This document shows, piece after piece, positions 8,201-17,843 of a stretch of DNA of 25,469 nucleotides. The notes beneath the pieces were generated by a model. The model did no database searches. It had not been told where the DNA came from and saw only the letters and a program-made list of their open reading frames with translations. The translations under genes were made by a program, and so were the position numbers. Numbering within the stretch: position 1 is the first letter of the stretch; each line of letters begins with the position of its first letter. Origin of the DNA: an uncultured Bacteriovoracaceae bacterium. GTDB lineage: Bacteria; Bdellovibrionota; Bacteriovoracia; Bacteriovoracales; Bacteriovoracaceae. The stretch is from the NCBI GenBank assembly GCA_964012805.1, contig CAXGUD010000049.1:1-25469 (forward strand), written 5' to 3'.

Positions 8201-9349
8201 ATGAAAACTTCAACTTTTTTAGTTTTTTTTACTTTGGTTTTTTCTTTTCTTTCTTATTCTTTTGGGACTAAATCGACAGAGCTTAAAGATTTTAAAAGTT
8301 CAAAGTTTAAAGTCGAAGTCGTTTTAGAGGGGATAGGTGTTCCTTGGGGGTTCGACTTTTTACCTGATGGAGGAATCCTCTTTAGTGAGAGGTCCGGAGG
8401 GATTAAGGTTTTTAATGCTAAGACAAATAAGGTTGATTCAATAAAAGGTGTTCCTGAAGTCGTGGCGAGTGGTCAAGGTGGAATGCTAGATGTCCTGATT
8501 CATCCAGAATTCAAAAATAATAAAACCTTTTTTTTCTCTTACTCAAAAAAAGTTGAGGATAAATTTCTAAAGGAGGGCGGTTATACAACCGTTGTGGCCA
8601 GAGCGACTTTAAATAAGCAAAATAATGCGCTCACTTCGCTAAAAGACATTTTTATTGCGCGACCTTTTAACACAAACACTCATCATTATGGGTCACGAAT
8701 TGTTATGGATAAAAAGGGTTACCTCTTCATTTCCGTGGGTGATAGAGGGAATAGGCACGAGGCTCAAAGCTTAAAGGCCCATATGGGGAAAGTTATCAGA
8801 ATTCATCAGGATGGTAGGGTTCCAAAAGATAATCCCTTTTTTAAGACGAAGGGTGCCTTAAAGGAAATTTGGTCTTTTGGCCATCGAAATGCTCAAGGCC
8901 TTGCCTTTGATCCTATTAGTGGTGATCTTTATGAACAAGAGCATGGACCTAGAGGTGGGGACGAAATAAATAAAATTCAAAAAGGGGTCAATTATGGCTG
9001 GCCTGTTATTACTTATGGTAAAGAATACTGGGGCCCCTCTATTGGTGAAGGAACAAAGAAACAGGGAATGAAGCAGCCTTTGAAATATTGGGTTCCTTCT
9101 ATTGCTCCTTGTGGTTTAGCTTTTTATAGCGGAAGTAAATTTCCTGATTGGAAAGGGAGTCTTTTTTCTGGTGCCTTGAGAGGAAAGCATTTAAACAGGC
9201 TAACTGTTAAAGATGGAAAAGTTGTTTCAGAGGAAAGGTTATTAGGTGAGCTGGGGTTTAGAGTTCGGAATGTAAAACAGGGGCCTTCAGGTCTCCTTTA
9301 TCTCTCTGTTGACCAAGGGAAGATTCTTAGGATTGTTCCCAAGAATTAA
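8201..9349 (+). CDS. PQQ-dependent sugar (aldose/sorbosone) dehydrogenase, YliI/GSDH family, exported
   Basis: Motifs PWGFDFLPDG, GQGGMLDV, HYGSRI, GHRNAQGL, EHGPRGGDEIN, NYGWP, SIAPCG. Signal peptide. ATG at 8201 after AAGGA. Confidence 0.92.
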   Translation: MKTSTFLVFFTLVFSFLSYSFGTKSTELKDFKSSKFKVEVVLEGIGVPWGFDFLPDGGILFSERSGGIKVFNAKTNKVDSIKGVPEVVASGQGGMLDVLIHPEFKNNKTFFFSYSKKVEDKFLKEGGYTTVVARATLNKQNNALTSLKDIFIARPFNTNTHHYGSRIVMDKKGYLFISVGDRGNRHEAQSLKAHMGKVIRIHQDGRVPKDNPFFKTKGALKEIWSFGHRNAQGLAFDPISGDLYEQEHGPRGGDEINKIQKGVNYGWPVITYGKEYWGPSIGEGTKKQGMKQPLKYWVPSIAPCGLAFYSGSKFPDWKGSLFSGALRGKHLNRLTVKDGKVVSEERLLGELGFRVRNVKQGPSGLLYLSVDQGKILRIVPKN

Positions 9350-9438
9350 CTTTTTCCGTGATTTTAAATATGTGTGTTAAAACGGCCTATTGAAAAAATC
9401 ATAGGATTCATGTACCTTTAAGGCCATAAGGAGCAATT

Positions 9439-9603
9439 ATGGATAAATTGATCAATAACCCTCTCGGCGTGTGGGGCGTCATCGTCGCTATTGTCTCGAT
9501 TATTGGCTTTACATGGTTTACTTTTCAGTCTTTTAAAGATGGAGAGCCTGAAGGAATGTATGATGAAGAAAAAGAAGCCTCTCCTGCAGGAGAAGGGTCT
9601 TAA
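9439..9603 (+). CDS. Small single-pass membrane protein (54 aa)
   Basis: AAGGAG RBS 5 nt before the ATG. Reads MDKLINNPLGVWGVIVAIVSIIGFTWFTFQSFKDGEPEGMYDEEKEASPAGEGS. Below the ORF-track cut-off. Confidence 0.7.
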   Translation: MDKLINNPLGVWGVIVAIVSIIGFTWFTFQSFKDGEPEGMYDEEKEASPAGEGS

Positions 9604-9616
9604 TTAAGGGACCTAA

Positions 9617-9640
9617 ATAAAGGGCCTTTTTTACAGGCCC
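9617..9640 (-). terminator. Intrinsic terminator of nrdBA (possibly bidirectional)
   Basis: Minus strand GGGCCT-gtaaaaa-AGGCCC-TTTATTT, lying between convergent genes. Confidence 0.7.
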
Positions 9641-9668
9641 GTCGTACAACTAACCCCTTTTTAATTTC

Positions 9669-12011
9669 TTAAGAGCCGCAAGAAATGCAGTCTTCTGGGC
9701 TTTCAAGGTTACATACTGCTGTGGGAGGCTGAGCTTCTCCCTCCTTGGGCTTTTTGTTCACCGTGAATTGGACAGGGTTAACTGCCGCTCTGCTTCTCAA
9801 ATAATACATTCCTGTTTTAAGCCCTGATTCCCAAGTATAAAAATGCATAGAGCTCAATTTAGCAAAGTCTGGGGACTCCATATAAATATTCATACTTTGC
9901 CCTTGGTCAACAAAAGGTGCCCTGGCCCTGGCCATATCGATGATGCTCTTTTGTTTTATTTCCCAAATAGTCTTATACATCTCCTTTAGATCATCAGGTA
10001 TTTCTTTAATATTTTGGATAGAGCCGTTTGCTTTCATAATCTGATTTCGAACGGAGTCTGTCCAAAAACCTTTTGATATAAGGTCATTAACAAGGGAGCG
10101 GTTCCAGATGGCAAATTCTCCTGAGAGGACTCTTCTCACGTAAAGGTTTGAAGTAATGGGCTCAAAGCATTCGGTGTTTCCAAATATTTGGGCAGTTGAA
10201 GCCGTTGGCATCGGAGCAACGAGGAGTGAATTCCTTAATCCAAAAAGTTTGAGGTCCTCTTTTAGAGCTTGCCAATCCCAGCGTTTAGATCTCGGCTCTT
10301 CTTTCCAAAGGTCAAATTGAAGGAGTCCCTTAGAAGCCGGAGAGCCTTCATAACTTGGATAAGGGCCATCCTCCTTTGCAGCGTCGATACTTGATCTAGA
10401 GGCAGCATAATAGAGGGTTTCAAAAATATCTCTGTTGAGTGCCTTGGCCTCTTCTGATTCAAAAGAAAGCCTTAGTTTAAAAAATGTATCCGCTAGCCCC
10501 TGGACTCCAAGACCAATAGGTCGATGCCTTTTATTAGACCTTTCTGCTTCAGGAATAGGGTAATAATTAATGTCTATAATTTTATTGAGGTTTTTTGTCA
10601 CATGGTAGGTGACTTCAAAAAGTTTCTGGTGGTCAAAAAACATTTTTCCTGAGGTGTCTTTCTTAACATATTTTGGAAGGGCCAAGCTTGCAAGGTTGCA
10701 AACTGCAACTTCATCTGGAGATGTATACTCCATAATTTCCGTACATAGGTTACTTGATTTGATAGTCCCAAGATTTTTTTGATTCGATTTCTCGTTGATG
10801 GAATCTTTATATAAAATATAAGGAGACCCTGTTTCAATTTGAGTTTCTAGAATGGAAAACCATAGCTTTTGGGCCTTTATTGTTTTTTTGGCCCGACCTT
10901 CTTTTTCATATTTAAGGTAAAGCTCTTCAAACTCTTTTCCATAACACTCACTGAGGTTTGGGGCTTCATGAGGGCAAAAGAGTGACCACATTTGGTCTTC
11001 TTTGACTCTTTTCATGAAAAGGTCAGGCATCCAAAGAGCGTAAAAGAGGTCTCTTGCCCTAAGCTCTTCTTTTCCCGTATTTTTTTTAAGTTCAAGGAAA
11101 TCAAAAACATCTGAGTGCCATGGCTCAAGGTAAATAGCAAAAGCTCCTTTTCTTTTGCCACCTCCTTGGTCTACGTAACGTGCGGTATCGTTGAAGACTT
11201 TTAGCATGGGGACGAGTCCATTGGAGTTACCATTGGTACCTTTAATGAAAGTTCCTTTCGCTCTAATGTTATGGACAGCAAGGCCGATACCTCCGGCAGA
11301 TTGGGATATCAATGCTGTTTTTGTTAAAGTCTCGTAAATACCCTCTATGCTGTCATCTTTCATTGTAAGGAGAAAGCAAGAAGATAACTGAGGCCTTGAG
11401 GTTCCAGAATTAAAAAGCGTGGGCGAAGCGTGAGTGAAAAACTGGTCGCTCATGAGCTGGTATGTTTTTATGGCCTCTGGAATATTATCTTTATGAATTC
11501 CTAAGGAAACCCTCATGAGCATTTGGCCAGGTCTTTCTACCACTTGGCCATCAAGCTTGAGAAGATAAGATTTTTCGAGGGTTTTAAAGCCAAAGTAGTC
11601 GTATTTGAAGTCAGTTTCAGGTAAGACTGTTTGATCTAAAAGTTCTTTATGCTTAAGAGCAGTGTTAAATACTTCTTGGTCAATGATGGGCGGATCTGAT
11701 TTTGTGTATAACTTTTTTAAAGTCTCAAAAAAGCTTGGGGTTGTTTCTTTGTGAAGGTTGCTTACGGCGATCCTTCCTGCCAAAAGAGCGTAGTCTGGGT
11801 GTTGGGGTCCTAGGTAGGCTGCAGTTTCTGCTGCTAGCTGATCAAGTCTTTGGGTTGTGATGCCATCAAAAATACCTTCAATTACTTTTTGAGAAATGAG
11901 AATAGGGTCGATGAAATCCATATTGAGACCAAAGCACAAGGATTCAATCCTCTCTGTAATTTTATCAAACTTGATAGGTTCTTTAATACCACTTCTTGTA
12001 ATGACGTGCAT
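9669..12011 (-). CDS. nrdA: Ribonucleoside-diphosphate reductase class Ia alpha subunit
   Basis: N-terminal ATP-cone, [47 protein letters not shown] and C-terminal CISCGS. Confidence 0.98.
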   Translation of the reverse strand: MHVITRSGIKEPIKFDKITERIESLCFGLNMDFIDPILISQKVIEGIFDGITTQRLDQLAAETAAYLGPQHPDYALLAGRIAVSNLHKETTPSFFETLKKLYTKSDPPIIDQEVFNTALKHKELLDQTVLPETDFKYDYFGFKTLEKSYLLKLDGQVVERPGQMLMRVSLGIHKDNIPEAIKTYQLMSDQFFTHASPTLFNSGTSRPQLSSCFLLTMKDDSIEGIYETLTKTALISQSAGGIGLAVHNIRAKGTFIKGTNGNSNGLVPMLKVFNDTARYVDQGGGKRKGAFAIYLEPWHSDVFDFLELKKNTGKEELRARDLFYALWMPDLFMKRVKEDQMWSLFCPHEAPNLSECYGKEFEELYLKYEKEGRAKKTIKAQKLWFSILETQIETGSPYILYKDSINEKSNQKNLGTIKSSNLCTEIMEYTSPDEVAVCNLASLALPKYVKKDTSGKMFFDHQKLFEVTYHVTKNLNKIIDINYYPIPEAERSNKRHRPIGLGVQGLADTFFKLRLSFESEEAKALNRDIFETLYYAASRSSIDAAKEDGPYPSYEGSPASKGLLQFDLWKEEPRSKRWDWQALKEDLKLFGLRNSLLVAPMPTASTAQIFGNTECFEPITSNLYVRRVLSGEFAIWNRSLVNDLISKGFWTDSVRNQIMKANGSIQNIKEIPDDLKEMYKTIWEIKQKSIIDMARARAPFVDQGQSMNIYMESPDFAKLSSMHFYTWESGLKTGMYYLRSRAAVNPVQFTVNKKPKEGEAQPPTAVCNLESPEDCISCGS

Positions 12012-12024
12012 GAGCTTGCCCTCC

Positions 12025-13002
12025 TTAAAATTCAGCGTCTAAAGTTAGAGTAAAGGATTGTGATTTTGATTGTTGAGCAAGGAGCAAACCTGGTTTTTGG
12101 TACTCACTCACTCTTTTCTCAAAAAAGTTGGTTTTACCTTCCAGGGAGATGAGTTCCATCCACTCAAAAGGGTTTTCAGTGTTGTAAAGAGGAGGAACAC
12201 CGCATTCCTTAAGCCAATGGTCTGCAACAAACTCGATGTATTGACTCATCTTATCAGCGTTCATTCCTATGAGTGAAACGGGAAGAGAGTCTTTTATAAA
12301 GTGTTTTTCAATAGCAACCGCTTCTTTGAATATTTCCTGAATCCTTTTGTCAGTTGCTTGATCTTTTTCCGGGAGGAGGCTGTGAAGTAGGCAAGCGAAG
12401 GTACAATGAAGCCCTTCATCCCTGCTAATAAACTCATTACTGGTGCAGAGTCCTGGCATGAGCCCTCGCTTTTTCAACCAGAAAATGGCGCAAAAGCTTC
12501 CCGAGAAAAAGAGCCCCTCTACTGCTGCAAAAGCGATAAGTCTTTCAGCGAAAGAGTCATTTGAGTGGATCCACTTCATGGCCCATTTCGCTTTTTTGCC
12601 AACACATGGAAGAGTGTCAATGGCCTTAAAAAGCCTTTCTTTTTCTCGAGGATCCTGAATGTATGTTTCAATAAGAAGGCCATATGTTTCACTGTGAATA
12701 TTTTCAATGGCCATTTGGAGACCATAGAAGCAACGTGCTTCTGCAAGCTGAACGTCTTGGTAAAAGCGCAGGGCCAAATTTTCGTTAACAATACCATCGC
12801 TAGCAGCAAAAAAGGCCAAGACATGTGAAATGAAATGCCTTTCGTTGTCATCAAGCTTTTCCCAGTCGGTGAGGTCACTGGCCAGGTCAATTTCCTCTGC
12901 CGTCCAAAAAACGGCCATTTGTTGTTTATACATTTCCCAAATTTTTTCGCTTTTGAGGGGGAACAAGATAAATCGGTCTTTCGTTTCTTTTAAGATGTCC
13001 AT
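12025..13002 (-). CDS. nrdB: Ribonucleoside-diphosphate reductase class Ia beta subunit
   Basis: [46 protein letters not shown] and [10 protein letters not shown]. Confidence 0.98.
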   Translation of the reverse strand: MDILKETKDRFILFPLKSEKIWEMYKQQMAVFWTAEEIDLASDLTDWEKLDDNERHFISHVLAFFAASDGIVNENLALRFYQDVQLAEARCFYGLQMAIENIHSETYGLLIETYIQDPREKERLFKAIDTLPCVGKKAKWAMKWIHSNDSFAERLIAFAAVEGLFFSGSFCAIFWLKKRGLMPGLCTSNEFISRDEGLHCTFACLLHSLLPEKDQATDKRIQEIFKEAVAIEKHFIKDSLPVSLIGMNADKMSQYIEFVADHWLKECGVPPLYNTENPFEWMELISLEGKTNFFEKRVSEYQKPGLLLAQQSKSQSFTLTLDAEF

Positions 13003-13098
13003 TATGATTCTTCTCCTTAAGTATCATTTGTGATAAAAAGATCCCATTCGAGACAATTCAGGCCTCTTCTAATGATTCCTTTAAATATTTTGGAGTTC

Positions 13099-13138
13099 AC
13101 GTTTTTGAAAAACGTTTTCGGTTTAGGAAAACGTTTTC
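13099..13138. promoter_or_regulatory. Paired AAAACGTTTT palindromes (LacI/PurR-type operator-like) upstream of nrdB
   Basis: AAAACGTTTT at 13109-13118 and GAAAACGTTTTC at 13127-13138, plus a third ACGTTTT at 13099. Confidence 0.4.
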
Positions 13139-13270
13139 TTACTTTATAGAAACAGCCTACCAACTGGCTTGGATTTGGGACAGTTAAAATTAAGCTAAAA
13201 ATTTTTGTAATTAAAGTTAAGGATCGCTCCGTGACATTTTAATGGTGAAGGCCATCGCACAGAATCGAAA

Positions 13271-13286
13271 AACCAACACATAGTAT
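13271..13286. promoter_or_regulatory. NrdR-box-like site next to a TTGACA -35 hexamer (minus strand, 13298-13303)
   Basis: AACCAACACATAGTAT. The core CAACACATAG is one mismatch from CwAyATaTwG. No second box was found at the usual ~31-bp spacing. Confidence 0.35.
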
Positions 13287-13339
13287 TCTAGCTATTTGTC
13301 AATGGTTAAGAGGGGTAAAATTTTGGTTAAGAATGAGAG

Positions 13340-14641
13340 TTACTCTCCACGACCCAATGTAAAACTAACAAAGTCTCCCAAAAAATCATTATTCCGCCCA
13401 TAAAAGAGACCAAGTCCAGGGAAGTTGACCTTCTTAATGAAAAATGTGGCCCCAACTCCGTAGCTTGCTGTAAACATATCCGACTCATTTTGATTTATTA
13501 CTTGGTTTAAAGAAGCCCCATCTAAAAAGGTACTAAAGGTCCAAGTACCATATTTGGAAAAATAAAGAGGGATTTGATAATCTGCTGATAAGGAGGTGCT
13601 TCTTGTGGCCCAAACGCCTTTAAGAGGAAGTCCTCTCAGCCCCTTTTGCCCACCAAGTTTAAGTGCATAACCAAACCTTTTTGAAAAAGTTTGGAGGTGG
13701 CCCAAAGTAAGCTGAAGAGCGTGATCTTTAGTGATATTCCATTGAGAAGATACATTGAGTTTGACCTCAATTCCCTTGGCATCTTTATTTGTTTCCGCAA
13801 AGGGGGCTTTCAAAGAAAGGGAAGCATCTGTGCCTTCTTTGAAGTAAAACTTGTATTGACTTCCCCTGTAGGATAAATTGATCCCCCCAAAAAAATATTC
13901 GTTATTTTGAGGAGTAGAAAAAGATTCAAGCTTAGAAAACTCTTTCTTGTCTTTTGACACGCTAAGCCCCACTGTCGTTTTAGGGTATATCTTGTACCCA
14001 AGGTATCCTCCATAAGAAATGAATCTTTCCTGAAAACCTTCAATTTCATCCTTCCCTTGAAAGTTATAGGAGTCCTGTTTTGCATTTCTAAGTATAACGC
14101 CACCATTCCATTTAGAAAAAAAGAGAGAGGGGTCTCTGTACATGAGAAAGCCTGAATTTCCCCCAGATCCGAATGTTCCACCTGCCGTAATAAATTTACC
14201 TCTCCCAAAAAGGTTTGTATCAATGAGAAAAAAGCCAAAGGCCTTCGCATCACCTTGCCCTCTTACGTAGGGTATGGGGATAAGTGTCCAGCGGTCTACA
14301 ACATCAATTTTAATTTGCTTTCCCTTTTTAGAGATATCGACTTTAGAAAAAAGTTTGGTATTGATCAGGCATTGTTTATAAAAACTTATTTTATTTTGAT
14401 CTTTGTCTTCTGACTTTGTTTCCTTCTTTTCAGATGATTTTTTTGAATAAGATTGCTCCCAAATCCATAGGCAATTTTGGAGAACTGATCTTATGTAGCT
14501 TTCTTGTGTCCTTTTATTTCCGGTAATGGTTAAGTTTTCACCTCGTTCAAAAAGAGGTGGTGTACCTTTGGCCTTAATTGATACTGCTAGTTGTGAAAGA
14601 AAAAAAATTGAAAAAAAGAAAGCTGTTTTGGAAAGTTTCAA
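13340..14641 (-). CDS. Omp85/BamA-TamA-like outer membrane protein with one POTRA-like domain
   Basis: Signal peptide, POTRA-like ITGNKRTQESYI..LINTKLFSKV, DTNLFGRG barrel start, GLRG motif and amphipathic beta-strands. Confidence 0.75.
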   Translation of the reverse strand: MKLSKTAFFFSIFFLSQLAVSIKAKGTPPLFERGENLTITGNKRTQESYIRSVLQNCLWIWEQSYSKKSSEKKETKSEDKDQNKISFYKQCLINTKLFSKVDISKKGKQIKIDVVDRWTLIPIPYVRGQGDAKAFGFFLIDTNLFGRGKFITAGGTFGSGGNSGFLMYRDPSLFFSKWNGGVILRNAKQDSYNFQGKDEIEGFQERFISYGGYLGYKIYPKTTVGLSVSKDKKEFSKLESFSTPQNNEYFFGGINLSYRGSQYKFYFKEGTDASLSLKAPFAETNKDAKGIEVKLNVSSQWNITKDHALQLTLGHLQTFSKRFGYALKLGGQKGLRGLPLKGVWATRSTSLSADYQIPLYFSKYGTWTFSTFLDGASLNQVINQNESDMFTASYGVGATFFIKKVNFPGLGLFYGRNNDFLGDFVSFTLGRGE

Positions 14642-14953
14642 AGGATCCTCACCTAAAGTTGTTTAATAAAAGGTTACCTTGCTCCTTTTTTCATTTCAAC
14701 TTTTTCCGCAAAAGCTATTTTCCTTTAAACAATTTATTTCATTTTATTTTTATTAATTGAATGGAAACTCAAAGAATTTGGTCCCTAAAAAGAAACTGAC
14801 CGACAACTTTATTTATTGATTTTGATAGAACCAGGTAAAAAAAAAATGAGGCTTTTCAATTAAGCTTATAATCCCGATAAGGATTGAGAGTATGTGAATA
14901 GAAATTAGTGGATTGTTAGAAATAGCTTGGGTTTAAGAATTAGGAGGGAAGTG

Positions 14954-15127
14954 ATGGATAAGTCTTTTTTGCTTTGTCTTGTTCTTTTAACAGGTCTTTC
15001 AGTCGGTCCCCTTTTTACTAAGGGAAGTCAAGAGGCCAGAGACCCTGCTTCGAAGGGCAAAGGCCTCATTAAAGTCCAAATGTCTACAGAGTTTGTGGGA
15101 AGAGAGGTTGTGAATAAACCAAAATAA
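14954..15127 (+). CDS. Small exported or membrane-anchored protein with an RDPAS motif
   Basis: AGGAGG RBS, ATG at 14954 (GTG at 14951 is an alternative) and a hydrophobic N-terminus. Confidence 0.6.
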   Translation: MDKSFLLCLVLLTGLSVGPLFTKGSQEARDPASKGKGLIKVQMSTEFVGREVVNKPK

Positions 15128-15152
15128 AAGGTCTTCTTTCTACAAAACTTTT

Positions 15153-15662
15153 TTAAAAGAGAAAGTCTAAAGGATTTTCTTCGGGCCTTTTTTGATTTTC
15201 ATGGAGGTTGGAACCTAGGGATTCGGTTGTCAGTTTTGAGTCTTTAAAGTCTTTAAGAGGGCCATCCCATAAATTGAGTCTGCTTTTTTCGCATTCCTCT
15301 TTAAGTTTTTCAATATCAGACGGGAAAGGGGGCTTTTTATATTTTTCGACTTCCTTAAAATTATCCCGAAACTGTTGTGCCTCTTTATAAGTTTCAGTTA
15401 GATTATAAATGAGTTGAGCTATCTGGCTTTTAATATTGTCGATATTCATGGAAAGCCTTAAAAGGTCTTTTGTAAGCTTTTTTTGGATGTATTCCGGTCT
15501 TTCTTCTGGAATGGACAGTTCATGCACACAGTCAGCACAAAAGGAGTCGGCCAAAAAGGTTTCGAAAGGGTTTTTAGTTTGAAGGTACCCCTCGCTCTTT
15601 GCGTAAACCTCTTTTTTAAGCCCTATGGAAAGGCACCTTAGGCAGTATTCTCCATTTTCCAT
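15153..15662 (-). CDS. Hypothetical protein with CxxC...CxxC (putative zinc finger) and a coiled coil
   Basis: AAGGAGG RBS, CLRC and CADC motifs, and a heptad-like central helix. Confidence 0.7.
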   Translation of the reverse strand: MENGEYCLRCLSIGLKKEVYAKSEGYLQTKNPFETFLADSFCADCVHELSIPEERPEYIQKKLTKDLLRLSMNIDNIKSQIAQLIYNLTETYKEAQQFRDNFKEVEKYKKPPFPSDIEKLKEECEKSRLNLWDGPLKDFKDSKLTTESLGSNLHENQKRPEENPLDFLF

Positions 15663-15761
15663 ATCATCCTCCTTGATGTTTTTTAGGAAACCAATTTAAA
15701 AAAGCAATGGCTTTCTTTATCCTAGTCAATCTTGGAAAACTATTGAAGGAAAAAAGAGGCC

Positions 15762-16745
15762 TTAGGGAACTTTGAATGTGACAGAGACTGGTGGGTGGTC
15801 ACTAAGGTTTGTTTTATTAAAGACTCTAATGCTTTCTTCATCAAGAGTTAAGCCTTTGTAAAAGAGGTGGTCTAATTGGACTTGTACACCACCACTCATG
15901 AGACTAACAGGAGATTTAAATGAAACCTTTTTAAGTCCAACTTTTTTTGTTCTTGTAAGAAGGGCATTGATATCAGTTCCAATAAAACTCCACGTATTAA
16001 AATCTCCTCCAAAGATAACAGGCCCATCGTGAGAAGATATGAGGGAAATAGACCAATCAATAAGAAAGTTTTGTGTATGGGTGGACCTAGAAACTAGGTT
16101 GTGAAGGTTAAGGACTAGGATTTCCTTTGCTTCTCCCGACTGATCTCTAAAAGGGTAAGTGGCCGCCAGAGCATTTTTATACCTTCTAGGTCCGAGGAGT
16201 TGCCCATCCAGAAAATCTCCAGTTCTTTCAGGTTTATGAGTGCGTTTTTCCCACGTGGTGGAAGGGGCAATTTTAGAAAGGAGTCCTATGCCAAGTCCCT
16301 TTCGATTTTCTACAAAATTTGAGTAGTCTAATTTGATAGGGTAAGAGTAGCCTAAAAGAAAAAACTCCTCTACGGGAAGGTATTCATCTATAAGCCGCTT
16401 TTTATCAGTTTCTACGTCCCACTTTAACTCTTGAAAAAGAAGAAAGTCGGCTTCCTCCACTTTTCCCATTATCTCTTTGTTTAGGGGCTCTTCACTTTCT
16501 CTGTCTCCCCTTTTCATGTTATTAAAACGGTAGAGGTTCCAAAGTACAACCTGAATACCGTCTTCAGTTTCAAGGTATGGAGTATCCACTTTGTCCTGAG
16601 GTTCTTCAGTAAATGATAAGCGCGTCATTGACTCCTCTTCATTTATTAAAGGTCCTGATTGAGAGAAGGATGGTGTTATTAAAAAGGTTAAAATAATTCC
16701 AAAAAGAATTAAAGGGATAGAAAGGAATTTCTGGATAGTTTTCAT
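15762..16745 (-). CDS. Secreted endonuclease/exonuclease/phosphatase (EEP) family protein
   Basis: Motifs WN, FQE, NLH, GGDFN, LDH and SDH. Signal peptide. ATG at 16745 after AAGGTG. Confidence 0.88.
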   Translation of the reverse strand: MKTIQKFLSIPLILFGIILTFLITPSFSQSGPLINEEESMTRLSFTEEPQDKVDTPYLETEDGIQVVLWNLYRFNNMKRGDRESEEPLNKEIMGKVEEADFLLFQELKWDVETDKKRLIDEYLPVEEFFLLGYSYPIKLDYSNFVENRKGLGIGLLSKIAPSTTWEKRTHKPERTGDFLDGQLLGPRRYKNALAATYPFRDQSGEAKEILVLNLHNLVSRSTHTQNFLIDWSISLISSHDGPVIFGGDFNTWSFIGTDINALLTRTKKVGLKKVSFKSPVSLMSGGVQVQLDHLFYKGLTLDEESIRVFNKTNLSDHPPVSVTFKVP

Positions 16746-16933
16746 CAAATTCACCTTGAGGTTAGATTATTTTGCGTCCTTTTGAGTTTCGATGTTCTAT
16801 CTGGAGTACGATCGTTTGTCCAACAGGAGCTTAGAATTACTGGGCGCAAAAAAACAAAAAGAGAGATATTTCACTAGCTTCGTATATTCCTTGACCTGCT
16901 GGTGTTTTTTCGCGTAGAGCAACACAAAAATCA

Positions 16934-17704
16934 TTATTCTAGTTTTTTAAAGATATTTTTCATAAATAAGATGAGATGAAAAGAGCAAACAACCAAACTT
17001 ATTATAGCGAAATAGATATATATCCCTTTTGGAAATAATTCTGCCATACCAATATCTTTAAAAAAACCTACACCATTAGGAGTATCAAGGTTGGTTTGGA
17101 ATAGAAAATGAGCACCTAAAGTAAAGCCTCTAGCTTGGTTCCAAAGTCTATGATCAAAATAAACAGGCACAAGTGCAGATAAAAGAATAGGGATATGCAT
17201 GCGGTACATATGAGGGTAGCTGCCTGCAACAAATGTAAAATTCCATATGGTATAACCTAAGACCCAAAGAATTGGGATATTATAAAGAAAGTCTCTCCAT
17301 TTTCCATCCTTATCAACAGAAATGGTGTCAGGGCCTGGAACTGTGATAGTAAGAATGAAACCTGCGGCTGCATTAATGAAATATCCTCCCTGAAAGTCTT
17401 TGACTGTAGCTTCCGCACAATTAACCATGAGAAGAAACTGAACTAGATAGAGCGCCCATTTTTTATCTGCCATTTTTGTAAAACGGATGGCCCATTTCCA
17501 AATAGAGGCAAGCCATACTGAGAATACTTTTGCATAAACAAACCAATCGGCACCCCACCGGGAGACCCAATAAGGGAGAGTTAAGAAAGGAAAGACGCTA
17601 AAAAAAAAGAGAAGTACTTTTGGATAACGTCTCAATATTTCGTTAATTAAAAGAAGAACGAAAAAATAAACAATAATGGAAAGAATCCACAAATAATTTT
17701 CCAC
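16934..17704 (-). CDS. Multi-pass membrane protein (DUF5692-like)
   Basis: About 7-8 hydrophobic segments. WFVYAKVFS, N..EA.VKDF and YTIWNF motifs recalled for DUF5692. GTG start after GAGGG. Confidence 0.65.
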   Translation of the reverse strand: MENYLWILSIIVYFFVLLLINEILRRYPKVLLFFFSVFPFLTLPYWVSRWGADWFVYAKVFSVWLASIWKWAIRFTKMADKKWALYLVQFLLMVNCAEATVKDFQGGYFINAAAGFILTITVPGPDTISVDKDGKWRDFLYNIPILWVLGYTIWNFTFVAGSYPHMYRMHIPILLSALVPVYFDHRLWNQARGFTLGAHFLFQTNLDTPNGVGFFKDIGMAELFPKGIYIYFAIISLVVCSFHLILFMKNIFKKLE

Positions 17705-17843
17705 TTAATACCCTCTTAGATCATTATTTATCGGTACTGGTTGAAAAATCATAAAATTTAATCTAATTATCATTAAAGAGGTTCATGATTTAATAATCAC
17801 GGGTAGTTATAGATTGACTCCCCTCTTAATTAGGACATTTTAA

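Noticed and set aside
13140..13270. Cobalamin riboswitch upstream of nrdBA
   Set aside because: Only isolated fragments (AAGCCAG, CTGTCCC) are present; the GGGAA and B12-box elements are not in the required order.
10262..14760. Short overlapping ORFs within nrdA, nrdB and the Omp85-like gene
   Set aside because: They are shadows of well-supported genes and carry no motifs.
16765..16825. c-di-GMP-I riboswitch (GGACGCAAA on the minus strand)
   Set aside because: The GGCAAAC..GAAA stem and the downstream paired helix cannot be formed.
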